A stretch of 64,000 bases of DNA from Candidatus Binatia bacterium (GCA_963664395.2 OY761159.2:704001-768000); one strand, 5' to 3'; shown: positions 9,008-19,311, counted from the stretch's first letter. Notes: generated by a model from the sequence alone, not told the origin. Numbers and translations: made by a program.

Positions 9008-11122
9008 ATGAAAACCACACCCATTATCGCACTCTTCGTCACCCTTATCGTGGGCCTCTCTCTCCCCCAATCACTCTGGGCGCAGTCCGTTTTTGAGAAC
9101 CCGCAGCCGGGTTCGTTTCAAAGTGGCGTCGGGGTGATTTCCGGCTGGGCGTGTGAGGCCGAGCGGATTGATGTTGATATTTTCCTTAATGCGGGTGGTG
9201 TTCCTTCTTCCTTTGTGAGTGTCGATATATACGGCGGGGACTACCCTCCTCCTCCAGAGCCGGACCAGACCTATCAGGCCGCATATGGCACTGCCCGCGA
9301 GGACACCAAAGAGATATGTGGCGATATCGATAATGGCTTTGGCCTGCTCTTCAACTGGAACCGCTTGGGTCCGGGAACCCATCTGGTCAAAGCTCGGGCC
9401 GATGGGGAAGTCTTCGGGACTGCCACAGTCACGGTCACGACCCTGGGTGAGGAGTTCTTGACAGGAGCGAGTGGTAATTTCGTCGTTGAAGATTTCCCGA
9501 CAGCAGACGAGGACATCCGGCTCCGTTGGCAACAAACTACTCAGAACTTCGTAATTCAACGTCCCCTTCTGACCACCAGAGGGCTGCCGTGGGGGCCCTA
9601 TCCTCATCCTAACGATGGCACCGTTGGTTACAGTGGTGTACCCCCACACGTGCTGGAGAACCCGCCGCCGGGTTCGTCTCAAAGCGGCGTAGGAATCATT
9701 TCCGGCTGGGTGTGTGAGGCCGAGCGGATTGACGTTGTCTTCAATCCCGGCACCGACAATGAGAGGACCTTTCAGGCTGGCTATGGGACCAGCCGAGAAG
9801 ACACCGAGGGTGTCTGTAATGACATCAATAATGGCTTTGGTCTGCTCTTCAACTGGAACCGGCTGGGCGACGGCCAGCATACGGTCCAAGCCAAGGCCGA
9901 CGGTGAAGTCTTCGGCAGCGCCACGGTCACGGTCACGACCTTTGGTACAGAATTCCTAAGGGACGTTGGCAAACACGCCCGGCTGGAAAATTTTCCCGAC
10001 ACCGGGACGGACCTCATCGTCGCCTGGCAACAGTCTCTCCAGAACTTCACGATTGCGCGGCTCGATAATCTCGCGCCCCGGATTGCCTCCATCGACGCCA
10101 TCGGGGACAGCATCAGCAAGGCCTTTAACGCCCAAGATAAAGCGCCTTGTCCAAATGATGATCAAGAGAGCTTCAACTGGGCAACCAGTATCACCCAGGA
10201 CGGTGTGTTTTGTAGCCACGGTGGGGACAGAGTTTATAGCCAAGCGGAACGGCTTGAGTGTCGGCAGGAAACCATGATTGTGAATACCGATCCCAATACT
10301 GCGGTTTCCGGTGCCGAGATGCTCAAGGATTTTTTCGATCAAGCAGAAAACACAAAGAAATCTCTCGGGACGAAACCGGCTCCACGCTATGTAACGGTCG
10401 AAATGGGTCATAATGATATTTGCAGCGGCACCATTGAACGTATTCAAACCAACTGTGCAGAAGGGGACGATCAGGACCCGATGAACCACTGCCGAACTAC
10501 GGAGGCGGCGTTTGAGCGCGAGTTTCGCAAGGGGCTCGATGTTTTGATTACCGTCCCGGACTTGAAAATCGGCATTGCCGCACCCGTGCGGGTGTCTCAG
10601 TTGTGCAACCACGCCGCTAAAAGAAACTGTTCTCCTCTTCCTGGAACCTGCGGATCCCTGTGGGAACGGGTTATTACACTCGGCCTACGTGAGACCGGCC
10701 TGTGCGGGTCTATCACTATCGACTGCTCTGACGAACGCCTTCAAAGAGGTTACGAAACGGCTCGGGCGTATCGTGACATTATGGCGCGCGTCTCCTCGGA
10801 GTATGCCGCCTTAGCTGAGGGGGAAACCTCCAAGGAAATAGAATTCGGCGACGAGCCAGTTGGGGGGAAAGTCAAAGCAGCCGGAACCTCCCTCAACTTC
10901 AGCAATGCTTCTTGGGTATACAAGTTTAAGAGCGAACAGATTTCGTGCTGTGACTGTTTCCACCCCTCGTTTCTCGGCCAGGATGCAGCCGCCCAAATCT
11001 TGTTTGACGGCTTTACTTGTAGTCCAACGGATGTGTGTTGCGCGGACACTGGAGACCCGGTATCCGACGCACTGTGTACGACCGAAGATACCGGTGGCAC
11101 CTTTCATCCGGGATTATTCTGA
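9008..11122 (+). CDS. Secreted Cys-rich SGNH/GDSL hydrolase with two tandem N-terminal ~140-155-aa repeats
   Basis: Signal peptide. Two repeats ENP.PGS.QSGVG.ISGW.CEA...GFGLLFNWNRLG...WQQ..QNF. SGNH blocks GDSIS, GHNDIC and DCFHPS. Confidence 0.8.
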   Translation: MKTTPIIALFVTLIVGLSLPQSLWAQSVFENPQPGSFQSGVGVISGWACEAERIDVDIFLNAGGVPSSFVSVDIYGGDYPPPPEPDQTYQAAYGTAREDTKEICGDIDNGFGLLFNWNRLGPGTHLVKARADGEVFGTATVTVTTLGEEFLTGASGNFVVEDFPTADEDIRLRWQQTTQNFVIQRPLLTTRGLPWGPYPHPNDGTVGYSGVPPHVLENPPPGSSQSGVGIISGWVCEAERIDVVFNPGTDNERTFQAGYGTSREDTEGVCNDINNGFGLLFNWNRLGDGQHTVQAKADGEVFGSATVTVTTFGTEFLRDVGKHARLENFPDTGTDLIVAWQQSLQNFTIARLDNLAPRIASIDAIGDSISKAFNAQDKAPCPNDDQESFNWATSITQDGVFCSHGGDRVYSQAERLECRQETMIVNTDPNTAVSGAEMLKDFFDQAENTKKSLGTKPAPRYVTVEMGHNDICSGTIERIQTNCAEGDDQDPMNHCRTTEAAFEREFRKGLDVLITVPDLKIGIAAPVRVSQLCNHAAKRNCSPLPGTCGSLWERVITLGLRETGLCGSITIDCSDERLQRGYETARAYRDIMARVSSEYAALAEGETSKEIEFGDEPVGGKVKAAGTSLNFSNASWVYKFKSEQISCCDCFHPSFLGQDAAAQILFDGFTCSPTDVCCADTGDPVSDALCTTEDTGGTFHPGLF
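9092..10060 (+). repeat. Intragenic tandem domain duplication (~9092-9560 and ~9653-10060)
   Basis: Near-identical DNA blocks, e.g. ATTTCCGGCTGGG(C/T)GTGTGAGGCCGAGCGGATTGA and ATAATGGCTTTGG(C/T)CTGCTCTTCAACTGGAACCG. Confidence 0.85.
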
Positions 11123-11140
11123 CCAAACACAGGGGGAGAG

Positions 11141-11356
11141 ATGGAGCCGTTGCGCGTTATTTCTGCTGATTCGCATATGACAGAGCCGCCCGACCTGTGG
11201 ACCGCCCGGCTCGACCAACAGTTCCGGGACCGAGCCCCCCGGGTTGTAGAGGACAAAGAAAAACCTGGACATTTTTTCAGGGCTCCCGGTATCACACCCT
11301 TCCCGGTTGCGGGTGGATTCTCTGCGGGCCGCAGTGGCGAAGAACTCGAAAAATAA
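11141..11356 (+). pseudogene. Truncated amidohydrolase_2 family gene (N-terminal 71 aa only)
   Basis: ISADSHMTEPPDLW..RLD..FRDRAPR aligns with the N-terminus of 46759..47871. It stops early with no continuation. Confidence 0.8.
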
Positions 11357-11416
11357 CTCAGCGACCGACACCCCAGGAACTACCGGAACATCCCAGGTCG
11401 GGGAAACGCTTCAGAA

Positions 11417-12883
11417 CTAGGCGGTATTGCCGTTCACATGCACCCGCGTGAAATAGCCGTTTTCCTCCAGGTGTTGGTGATAGGTAATGGTGCAGTCTTT
11501 GCCGAGACGTGCCTCGGCCTCGCTGAGCGCGGCGTCAATCGTGGGGAACGGCTCGAAGCCCATCCGTCGGGCGACCGCCTCGTTTTCTTTCGGCACGCCG
11601 GCAGCCAGGACGCCACCCAGATGCTTGAGCGCATACAAGCCCTGTCCATACAGAATGCACGGGTGCGCCCCGTGAAAGGCAAAGCCGTGGCGATACTTGT
11701 GGACAAACTCCGGGCGGTGAGCATACTCTTCGGAGTAGGTATCCCACACCTCCAGCGGGTCTTGGATGGCCGGTAACACCTCGTGGTAGAGCGTGTGATA
11801 TGAGGGGTGGTTGAGCAGACTGAATTTGGGGTCAAAGGGATTGGCGGCGATGAGTATCCCGCCTTTTCGGACCAGGGGATTCTCGTGATAGGCGTTGAAC
11901 AACCCGGACAAAGCCTTGTTGCGACAGTGAATGGGATTGAACACCGACAGGCGCGAGTAGCCGTCCCCATCAGCCATCCCCATCAACAGTACATCCGTCT
12001 GCCCTTCAACATCAGTGACGAGCTGCGAGAGCAGCATATCAATGTGCATCTCCCGCACCGGAGTGATCAGCCCGGCGTCAATGGCCGCAAACTGCTGTGG
12101 GCTACTCGTAGTCAGGACGCCCTCTATCTTCATGACGGGCGGGTGACCGCGACGCGCAAGCTCGGCTTCTACCAGGGTCCCCATTTCATTCAGCAGCTTG
12201 TGGAAGGAACTGTTTTTGGGGTCCTGGACCGAGTGACCCGAGGCAAACGGCCAGGGACGGTGATGATAGCGGATGGACTCCCAATTACTCATACCCACCA
12301 GAATGGACTTCCAGCCGCCCTGGAAGAATCCGCCCGGCACGGACATGAAGATGAACAGGTCAGACTCAACGACCGAGCGGTGGACCATGACTTCCATGCC
12401 CCGCCGGGTCATACCCAGATTGACAAACTGATTCGGGTCGGTCGCATCGATACACGCCAGGCGTCCGCCTAAGGTATAGGGCAATCTCGGACCAAGGATG
12501 TGGGTCATCTCCTTACGGGTCCACATGCGGTGGAGCGCGTTGGCAACTTTAATCTGGATATCTTCGGGCCGGACCCCGTACTGGTCCAATAAATCGAGTA
12601 AGATGGGCAGCCCGAGAATGCGCAAATCCTGGTCGTCGGGATGGTAGTGCGTGGCCCGGCCGTCCTGAATGCCGATGGTGACCTTTGCGCCCGGCCTGAC
12701 CAGTTTCTCCAGGGCCGGCATGCCAACCGGCTGGGTGACCGCGGCCCGAAAGGCGGCCGCCGCGTCGGGCAGGGGGGCAACCGAGGGCGGCGGTCCGGGC
12801 GGGATGCGGGTCCGGTCTATCGGCAGATGCGCCGGCGTCTTGGTCGTGCCACAGCTCACCAGATATTCTTGTGTGGATGCCAT
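11417..12883 (-). CDS. Lactate racemase (LarA/DUF2088) family nickel-pincer protein
   Basis: QPVGMPALEKLV, ANALHR, GGWKS and RKGGILI motifs. Confidence 0.8.
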   Translation of the reverse strand: MASTQEYLVSCGTTKTPAHLPIDRTRIPPGPPPSVAPLPDAAAAFRAAVTQPVGMPALEKLVRPGAKVTIGIQDGRATHYHPDDQDLRILGLPILLDLLDQYGVRPEDIQIKVANALHRMWTRKEMTHILGPRLPYTLGGRLACIDATDPNQFVNLGMTRRGMEVMVHRSVVESDLFIFMSVPGGFFQGGWKSILVGMSNWESIRYHHRPWPFASGHSVQDPKNSSFHKLLNEMGTLVEAELARRGHPPVMKIEGVLTTSSPQQFAAIDAGLITPVREMHIDMLLSQLVTDVEGQTDVLLMGMADGDGYSRLSVFNPIHCRNKALSGLFNAYHENPLVRKGGILIAANPFDPKFSLLNHPSYHTLYHEVLPAIQDPLEVWDTYSEEYAHRPEFVHKYRHGFAFHGAHPCILYGQGLYALKHLGGVLAAGVPKENEAVARRMGFEPFPTIDAALSEAEARLGKDCTITYHQHLEENGYFTRVHVNGNTA

Positions 12884-12914
12884 CGTCTTCCCTCCTTATA
12901 CAGCAATATATCCG

Positions 12915-14678
12915 TTACCAGCCTACGGCGTACGACGGCCGGCGCGGGTCGGCGCCACCAGCCAGCACACCGGTTGTCGGCTCGACGTGAATGCAGCATA
13001 CGGCCCCGGCCCGCCACACCCAGTCCGGCCACCAGTGCACCTGATGGCCTCGTTCGGACAACCGCGCCCCGGTCTCCTCGGCGATGCGGCTCTCGATATT
13101 CAGCCGACCGGGATGGTAGGCGTGCGGTTCAAAGGAGTCTGGGAAGCTGTAGCTGGCGAAGCGCGGCGCTTCGACCGCTTCCTGGGCCTCCATGCCGAAG
13201 ACCGCACTGTTGAGCAGGGTCTGCAACATGGCCTGGGGCTGGACGTCACCACCGGGCGAACCCAGCACCAGAAAGGGGCGTCCGTCACGCAGGACCAAGG
13301 CCGGGTTGGGGGTCAGGCGGGGCCGTTTGCCAGGGGCGACACACGACGCATGCTCCGGGTCGGCCCAGGACTGCGAACCGCGTGAAGACGGACACAGCCC
13401 CGTCCCCGGTACGACCGGCATATCAGACGAGGTATCGCTCGGCGTGGCGGAGAAGACGTTGCCCTGCCGGTCTATGACGCAGACATACGAGGTGTCCAGG
13501 CCGGGCTGGGCCGTTTCGTTCGGCAGCGGATTGGTCTCAGCGTCAACAACCGCCTGGCAGCGCTGGGGATCGCCGGCCGGCGGCATCTCGGGCCAGGCTT
13601 CGTGCTCCCGAATCAAGGCCCGGCGTTGCGCAGCATAGTCCTTAGACAACAGCCCTTCGATTGGCACCTCAACGAAGCGCGGGTCGCCGTAGTAGCGCTC
13701 CCGGTCGGCAAACGCCAGCTTGAGCGCTTCGGTCACGGTGTGGATATACTGAGGCGAATTGTGACCCTGGGCCGCAAGATCATAGCCTTCCAAGAGATTC
13801 AACGTTTGCTGTAAGACCGGCCCCTGACACCACGGGCCGCAGGCATAGATTTCGAGGTCCTGGAATGTCGTCCGCGTCGGGGGTTCTACGCCAACCCGAA
13901 ATGCGGCTAGGTCTTGCGCGGTCAGCAGCCCGTCGTTCTCGGCGTGGAACTTGACGATAGCCGCGGCAATATCTCCGTGGTAAAAAGCCGCCCGGGCCGC
14001 CTGGAGTCCGGCTTTTCGTCCCTGACTCCGCGCCTGTGCTTCTTCGTCAGCCATATACTGCAAGGTACCGGCCAGGTCGGTTTGTTTGAAGATATCACCC
14101 GGCTGGGGAGCCTGACCACCGGGAAGATAAATGGCTGCGTTGGATGGCCAGCGCCGATACTTGTCGGCGTTGGCCTTGATGATGCCCGCGGTAAAAGCAT
14201 GGATGGGAAACCCGTCCCGCGCAAAACGGATCGCGGCCGCCGCTACCTCACCAAAGCTCATGCTCCCGTAGCGCTCCAGCGCGGTAATCCAGGCGTCGGG
14301 CGCGCTGGGCACGACGGTGCGGAGAATACCCGCAGGAATATGGCCGGCGTGCTTGTGCTGAAACATCTCCACCGAGGCAGCCTGCGGCCAGTGACCCAGA
14401 CCGCTGATCGTCGTCACCTCACGTCGGTCGGCCAGATACAGGATGATCGGAGCTACCCCGGCCACGTTCACCATATCGCTCTGTAAGACGCCTAGGGCGA
14501 TACCGGCAGCAACACCCGCATCAACCGCATTGCCACCGGCTTCAAGAATATGAAAGCCGGCGTGCGCCGCCAAATAGTGACCGGCCACGACCATGTGGCG
14601 GGTGCCCCGGATGGTCGGGCGGTGGGCAGTTACACTTCGTGTTTCGGTTCCGGCGTCAGACAGACTGTCGAGTGACAT
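12915..14678 (-). CDS. ggt: Gamma-glutamyltransferase family protein
   Basis: GGNAVDA, EALKLAFADR, autocleavage DT(S), PGKRPRLT, GSPGGD.Q and GGADPRR motifs. Confidence 0.9.
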   Translation of the reverse strand: MSLDSLSDAGTETRSVTAHRPTIRGTRHMVVAGHYLAAHAGFHILEAGGNAVDAGVAAGIALGVLQSDMVNVAGVAPIILYLADRREVTTISGLGHWPQAASVEMFQHKHAGHIPAGILRTVVPSAPDAWITALERYGSMSFGEVAAAAIRFARDGFPIHAFTAGIIKANADKYRRWPSNAAIYLPGGQAPQPGDIFKQTDLAGTLQYMADEEAQARSQGRKAGLQAARAAFYHGDIAAAIVKFHAENDGLLTAQDLAAFRVGVEPPTRTTFQDLEIYACGPWCQGPVLQQTLNLLEGYDLAAQGHNSPQYIHTVTEALKLAFADRERYYGDPRFVEVPIEGLLSKDYAAQRRALIREHEAWPEMPPAGDPQRCQAVVDAETNPLPNETAQPGLDTSYVCVIDRQGNVFSATPSDTSSDMPVVPGTGLCPSSRGSQSWADPEHASCVAPGKRPRLTPNPALVLRDGRPFLVLGSPGGDVQPQAMLQTLLNSAVFGMEAQEAVEAPRFASYSFPDSFEPHAYHPGRLNIESRIAEETGARLSERGHQVHWWPDWVWRAGAVCCIHVEPTTGVLAGGADPRRPSYAVGW

Positions 14679-14707
14679 GAGAGCCCTCCTTCTTTAACGG
14701 CGCTTTC

Positions 14708-16162
14708 TCATCCCCACCGCTCTACGATCACCTTCTTCTCCGTGTAAAAATCGATGGCATCGCGCCCCTGGCCGTGCAGGTCGCCAAAGAAGCTGTCTTT
14801 CCAGCCGCTAAAAGGGAAGAAGGCCATGGGCGCGGCAACACCGACGTTGATCCCCAGGTTGCCTACCTGGGCTTCGTATCGAAATTTTCGGGCCGCAGCT
14901 CCACTCCGGGTAAAGAGACAGGCCATATTGCCGTAGCGCTGGCCGTTCACCAGCATAATGGCGTGGTCAATATCTTTTGCCGACATCACACTCAGTACTG
15001 GCCCAAATATCTCGGTGGTCGCGATCCGGCTGCTCGGCTGGACATCGGTCAGCAGTGTCGGCTTTACGAAATAGCCCTGTTCGTATTGGGCGACCTGGGC
15101 CTGGCGGCCGTCTACGATGGCCTGCGCTCCGTCATCGAGGCCGGTTTGGATAAGCTGCTCGATGCGAGCTTTACTCTCTGCTCGAATCACTGGCCCCATT
15201 TCCACTCCGGCGTCCAGGCCGTAGCCGACGTTTCGCCGTATGGCCACGTCGGCCATTGCCTCAATAAATGGCTGTGCGGCGTCACCAACCGTGATGGCCA
15301 ATGAAGCGGCAAGGCAGCGTTGGCCGGCGCAGCCAAAAGCCGACTCGGCCGCGACCTGCGCGACATCCTCAATATTGGCATCGGGCAGAATAATAATGGG
15401 ATTTTTTGCGCCGCCCTGACATTGCGCGCGTTTGCCGTTTGCCGTTGCTCGGGCGTACACCGCCCTGGCAACCGGCGTTGAACCAACCAGACTAATGGCT
15501 CGCACCTCGGGATGATCGACCAATGCATCTACTGTTTCTTTTGCGCCGTTCACCAGGTTGGCCACGCCTTTGGGCAAACCCGTTTGCTCCAATAGGGCAA
15601 ATATCTTTTGAGCAGTGAGGGGCGTTTTGTCCGACGGCTTGAGAATAAAGGTGTTCCCACACGCAATGGCATACGGCAGAAACCACAACGGAATCATGCC
15701 CGGAAAATTAAATGGCGTAATCGCCGCCACCACGCCGACCGGCTGCCGGATCATGGTCTCATCAATACCGCGAGCAATATCCTCGCTATACAGACCCTGG
15801 AGTAAACTTGGGACGCCACAGGCAACCTCGACATTCTCAATGCCGCGCCGCATTTCTCCAGCCGCTTCCGTATAGGTCTTGCCACATTCAGTGGTAATGG
15901 TTTGCGCCAATTCGTCGAGGTGTTCCTCCAACAGAGTCTTGAATTTGAACAAATACTGTATCCGCTCACCCGCCGGTGTGCGCCGCCACTCAGGAAAAGC
16001 ACGAGTGGCCGCCCGGACCGTAGCATCAACATCAGGAGCGGGAGAGACTGGTAGGATGGCGATGCTCTGTGCGGTCGCAGGATTCGGAATGGTCAGCGAT
16101 TCCGTTGCGCTCGAATGACTCCACTCGCCATCCACAAAATTGAGGAGCTGTGTAGTACTCAT
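14708..16162 (-). CDS. mmsA: CoA-acylating methylmalonate/malonate-semialdehyde dehydrogenase
   Basis: [32 protein letters not shown] and [13 protein letters not shown] motifs. Confidence 0.9.
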   Translation of the reverse strand: MSTTQLLNFVDGEWSHSSATESLTIPNPATAQSIAILPVSPAPDVDATVRAATRAFPEWRRTPAGERIQYLFKFKTLLEEHLDELAQTITTECGKTYTEAAGEMRRGIENVEVACGVPSLLQGLYSEDIARGIDETMIRQPVGVVAAITPFNFPGMIPLWFLPYAIACGNTFILKPSDKTPLTAQKIFALLEQTGLPKGVANLVNGAKETVDALVDHPEVRAISLVGSTPVARAVYARATANGKRAQCQGGAKNPIIILPDANIEDVAQVAAESAFGCAGQRCLAASLAITVGDAAQPFIEAMADVAIRRNVGYGLDAGVEMGPVIRAESKARIEQLIQTGLDDGAQAIVDGRQAQVAQYEQGYFVKPTLLTDVQPSSRIATTEIFGPVLSVMSAKDIDHAIMLVNGQRYGNMACLFTRSGAAARKFRYEAQVGNLGINVGVAAPMAFFPFSGWKDSFFGDLHGQGRDAIDFYTEKKVIVERWG

Positions 16163-16164
16163 CC

Positions 16165-16380
16165 CTATTCTCCCTCCGCTTTGGCCATGGTGCTCTGAAT
16201 GGCTTGAGCGACTGCCGGCCAGGCAATCATGCTGTAGGTGGAAAAGTGGTGTTCCGCAAACCAAAAGCTGTCATAGCCGAGCTGTTCGGCGTACACGACT
16301 TGTTCCAGGTTTTCCTTGAATAATTGCTGCACACCGCGCTCGGCGGCTTTTGTCACGGTAGAGAAAATTCCGAATTTCAC
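16165..16380 (-). pseudogene. Internally deleted LLM-class oxidoreductase remnant
   Basis: MKFGIF...[16 protein letters not shown] is a typical LLM N-terminus, joined to a short tail; only 71 aa. RBS present. Confidence 0.75.
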
Positions 16381-16485
16381 CGAACCCTCCCTTTTTCAGA
16401 ACCGTTTTTCTCTCTACGCCCTTTTCCCCCGTGTTGGCAAGACATATTTTCGGGTATGGTCTCGCACACCCGAAACACTTTTTCA

Positions 16486-16514
16486 TTGACACCGGGTCTG
16501 AGATAGACTAGAGC
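16486..16514 (+). promoter_or_regulatory. Possible sigma70 promoter of the molybdopterin oxidoreductase
   Basis: TTGACA-N17-TAGAGC, about 35 nt upstream of ATG 16548. Confidence 0.35.
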
Positions 16515-16547
16515 GATTCCATATTCTTTGCATGAAAGGCGTGCGCC

Positions 16548-18818
16548 ATGACTCTCTCCCCGCAAGAGCCGACAGCCGTCAGGCCCGTCATATGTTGTAG
16601 CTGTTCCCAGCAGTGTGGCGTGCTCGCCCATATGGAGCAGGGACGGGTCACCCAGATTAGCGGCGATGCGGCGCATCCGATCAGTCAGGGCTTTATCTGT
16701 ATTAAAGGCCGCCGGGCCGCCGAACTGCACTATCAGGAGGGGCGCGTCCACTGGCCGCTCAAGCGCACCGGCCGGCGGGGCGAGGGCGCCTGGCAGCAGG
16801 TCACCTGGGACGAAGCCCTGGACGATATTGCCGCACGGCTCCAAACCTTTCAGCACCACTACGGCCCCGAAAGTGTTGCCGTCACCTTTGGCACGTTTCA
16901 TGGTGCGGACTGGGGTCTGGGCGAGCGCTTTCTGAATCTCTTCGGCAGCCCCAACAGCGCCGGGCAGGATAAAATCTGTTCCGGCCCAACAGCCATGGCC
17001 GAGGCCCTGACCTATGGCTATGGTCCAACTTCGCACACCTCTCCCGTCCCCGGTCTGACGAAATGCATTGTGCTGTGGGGGATGCGCCCGAGCGCCTCGC
17101 TGCCCCTGCTGTGGAAGCAGATCGTCAAGGCCCACCGCCAGGATGCGACACTCATTGTGGTTGACCCCCATTACACTACCGAGGCAAAGCGGGCCGACCT
17201 GTGGTTGCAGCTCCGGCCTGGGACGGATGCGGCCTTAGCCCTAGGCTGGCTGTCCGTGCTGATTGAAGAAGGTCTGTACGACCGGGAGTTTGTCGAGCAG
17301 TACACCACCGGGTTCGACGCCTTGCGACAGCACGTGGCCGCCTACCCACCGCAGCGGGCCGCCGAACTCAGCTGGGTCCCACAGGAACTCCTGGTCAAAG
17401 CGGCGCGGCTGTTTGCCCGCAGTCGGCCCGGCCTTATCAATAGTGGCAACGGGGTATGCCAGCTCGGCCCAACCAGCCTCCAGAGTACCCGCGCGATTGC
17501 CTGTCTGGTGGCCATTAGCGGCAATCTGGATAAAGAGGGTGGCCACTGCCTGCCCGGCCCTCCCCGTCAGATTGTGGCCAACGGGGACGCCATGCTGATG
17601 GACCGGCTGCCCGAAGAACAGTGGCGCAAACGACTGGGGCTTGATCGGTATCGTCTGCTGGGCGACGGGTATAAACGGCTCGATGCGGCCATGGCGCCGG
17701 CCTGGCACGGCAAACATCACCTGCTGAGTTGGACGGCTTCGGCCCATGAGCCCAGCCTGTGGCAGGCGATTACCCAGGCCGAGCCGTATCCGGTCAAGGG
17801 CCTGATTGTCCAGCACCATAATCCGCTGGGTGGAAGCGGCAATGCCAAACGGGTCGAACAGGCGCTGCGAAGCGCCAACCTGGAACTGCTGGTGGTCCAC
17901 GACCTGTTTCTGTCTCCGACCGCTCAGTTGGCCGACTATGTGCTGCCAGCCAGTCACTGGCTCGAAAAGCCATCCTTCTCCACTGGCCTGGGCTATATGG
18001 GCACTGCCGGCGATTACGCTGCGGCGAGCCACGCGGCCATTGAGCCCGAGCAGGGTCACCGGAACGATTATGAGCTGTGGAGAGACCTCGGGCGGCGGCT
18101 AGGTCAGGAGGCGGATTGGCCGGAGACCGTTGAGGAGTTCTGGGATAGCTGTCTGCGACCGGCCGGCCTCAGTTTTCACACCCTTGCTCAGCAGAGTGGA
18201 CCGTGGATGTCCGCTACGCCACGCTACGGGAAATTCACCGGTCGGTCGGCCCAAGACGCTGGGCTGCGCTTTGGTACCCCATCCGGGAGGGTGGAGTTAC
18301 GCTCAGCCATCCTGGCCGAACTCGACTACCCGGCCCTGCCCGTCTACGAGGAACCGGAAATCTTTACGCGCTGGTCAAGCGACTATCCGCTAGTGCTGAC
18401 AACCGGCGGGCGGGTGATCGAAGGCTTTCACCAAAACAGTCAGCAGATGCCCTGGTTCCGCAAGAAATATCCCCACCCGGTGGTCCAGCTTCACCCGCAC
18501 GCCGCAGCGGAACTCGGCATTGAAGACGGGACGTGGATCAGCATCGAGACCCCAATCGGCAGCGTACGGCACGTCGCCCGTTTGAATGAAACCCTCCATC
18601 CGCGCGTCGTCCAGGCCGACCGCTGGTGGTATCCCGAGCGCCCAGGGCACGATCCGGAGCTGTACGGCCTACGGGAAACAAATATCAATATGTGTACCGA
18701 CGACGACCCGGCGCAGTGCGACCCCATGATGGGCACCTGGCTACTGCGCGGCCTCCCCTGTCGGCTGGTCAAGACGGAGCAGGCACCACCGCCCGGTTCT
18801 TCAACAACGGAACAATAA
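16548..18818 (+). CDS. Bis-MGD molybdopterin oxidoreductase, acetylene-hydratase-like
   Basis: N-terminal 4Fe-4S motif CxxCxxxC...C, RFLNLFGSPN, ICSGPT, LRPGTDAALALG, ADYVLPA and C-terminal molydopterin-binding domain. Confidence 0.85.
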   Translation: MTLSPQEPTAVRPVICCSCSQQCGVLAHMEQGRVTQISGDAAHPISQGFICIKGRRAAELHYQEGRVHWPLKRTGRRGEGAWQQVTWDEALDDIAARLQTFQHHYGPESVAVTFGTFHGADWGLGERFLNLFGSPNSAGQDKICSGPTAMAEALTYGYGPTSHTSPVPGLTKCIVLWGMRPSASLPLLWKQIVKAHRQDATLIVVDPHYTTEAKRADLWLQLRPGTDAALALGWLSVLIEEGLYDREFVEQYTTGFDALRQHVAAYPPQRAAELSWVPQELLVKAARLFARSRPGLINSGNGVCQLGPTSLQSTRAIACLVAISGNLDKEGGHCLPGPPRQIVANGDAMLMDRLPEEQWRKRLGLDRYRLLGDGYKRLDAAMAPAWHGKHHLLSWTASAHEPSLWQAITQAEPYPVKGLIVQHHNPLGGSGNAKRVEQALRSANLELLVVHDLFLSPTAQLADYVLPASHWLEKPSFSTGLGYMGTAGDYAAASHAAIEPEQGHRNDYELWRDLGRRLGQEADWPETVEEFWDSCLRPAGLSFHTLAQQSGPWMSATPRYGKFTGRSAQDAGLRFGTPSGRVELRSAILAELDYPALPVYEEPEIFTRWSSDYPLVLTTGGRVIEGFHQNSQQMPWFRKKYPHPVVQLHPHAAAELGIEDGTWISIETPIGSVRHVARLNETLHPRVVQADRWWYPERPGHDPELYGLRETNINMCTDDDPAQCDPMMGTWLLRGLPCRLVKTEQAPPPGSSTTEQ

Positions 18819-18840
18819 CATCTCACCAAGGAGGGAAGAC

Positions 18841-19311
18841 ATGAACGCTGACGATCTCGCGCAACGCATCCAAACCCTGGAGAGCATTGAAGCCATCAAG
18901 AAACTCAAAGCTCGCTACTGTGCCTTGTGCGACGCGCAATACGACGCGGACGGCATTGCCGAGCTGTTTGCCCAGGACGCAGTCTGGGATGGCGGCGACT
19001 TTGGCCGGCACGAAGGCCGCGAGGCCATCCGGACCTTTTTTCAGGGCGCGGCCGCAATTTTTCCTTTTGCCGTCCACAACGTCATGAACCCCATTATTGA
19101 GGTGGACGCGGATACCGCAACGGGGCAGTGGTATCTGTTTCAGCCGTGCACCTTGGCCGAGGGCAACCAGGCCGCCTGGCTGACCGGTCGATACACAGAG
19201 ACGTATGAGAAGCGTGACGGCGAGTGGAAATTCAAACACCTCAGCGTGACGCCCTTCTTCTTTACTCCATACGGCGACGGCTGGGTGAAAAAGCCATTTC
19301 TCGGACAGTAA
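18841..19311 (+). CDS. NTF2/SnoaL-like protein (BaiE/LinA-like)
   Basis: LESIEAIKKLKARYC..CD, H.VMNPIIEVD.D.ATGQWY and GEWKF motifs. Confidence 0.85.
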   Translation: MNADDLAQRIQTLESIEAIKKLKARYCALCDAQYDADGIAELFAQDAVWDGGDFGRHEGREAIRTFFQGAAAIFPFAVHNVMNPIIEVDADTATGQWYLFQPCTLAEGNQAAWLTGRYTETYEKRDGEWKFKHLSVTPFFFTPYGDGWVKKPFLGQ

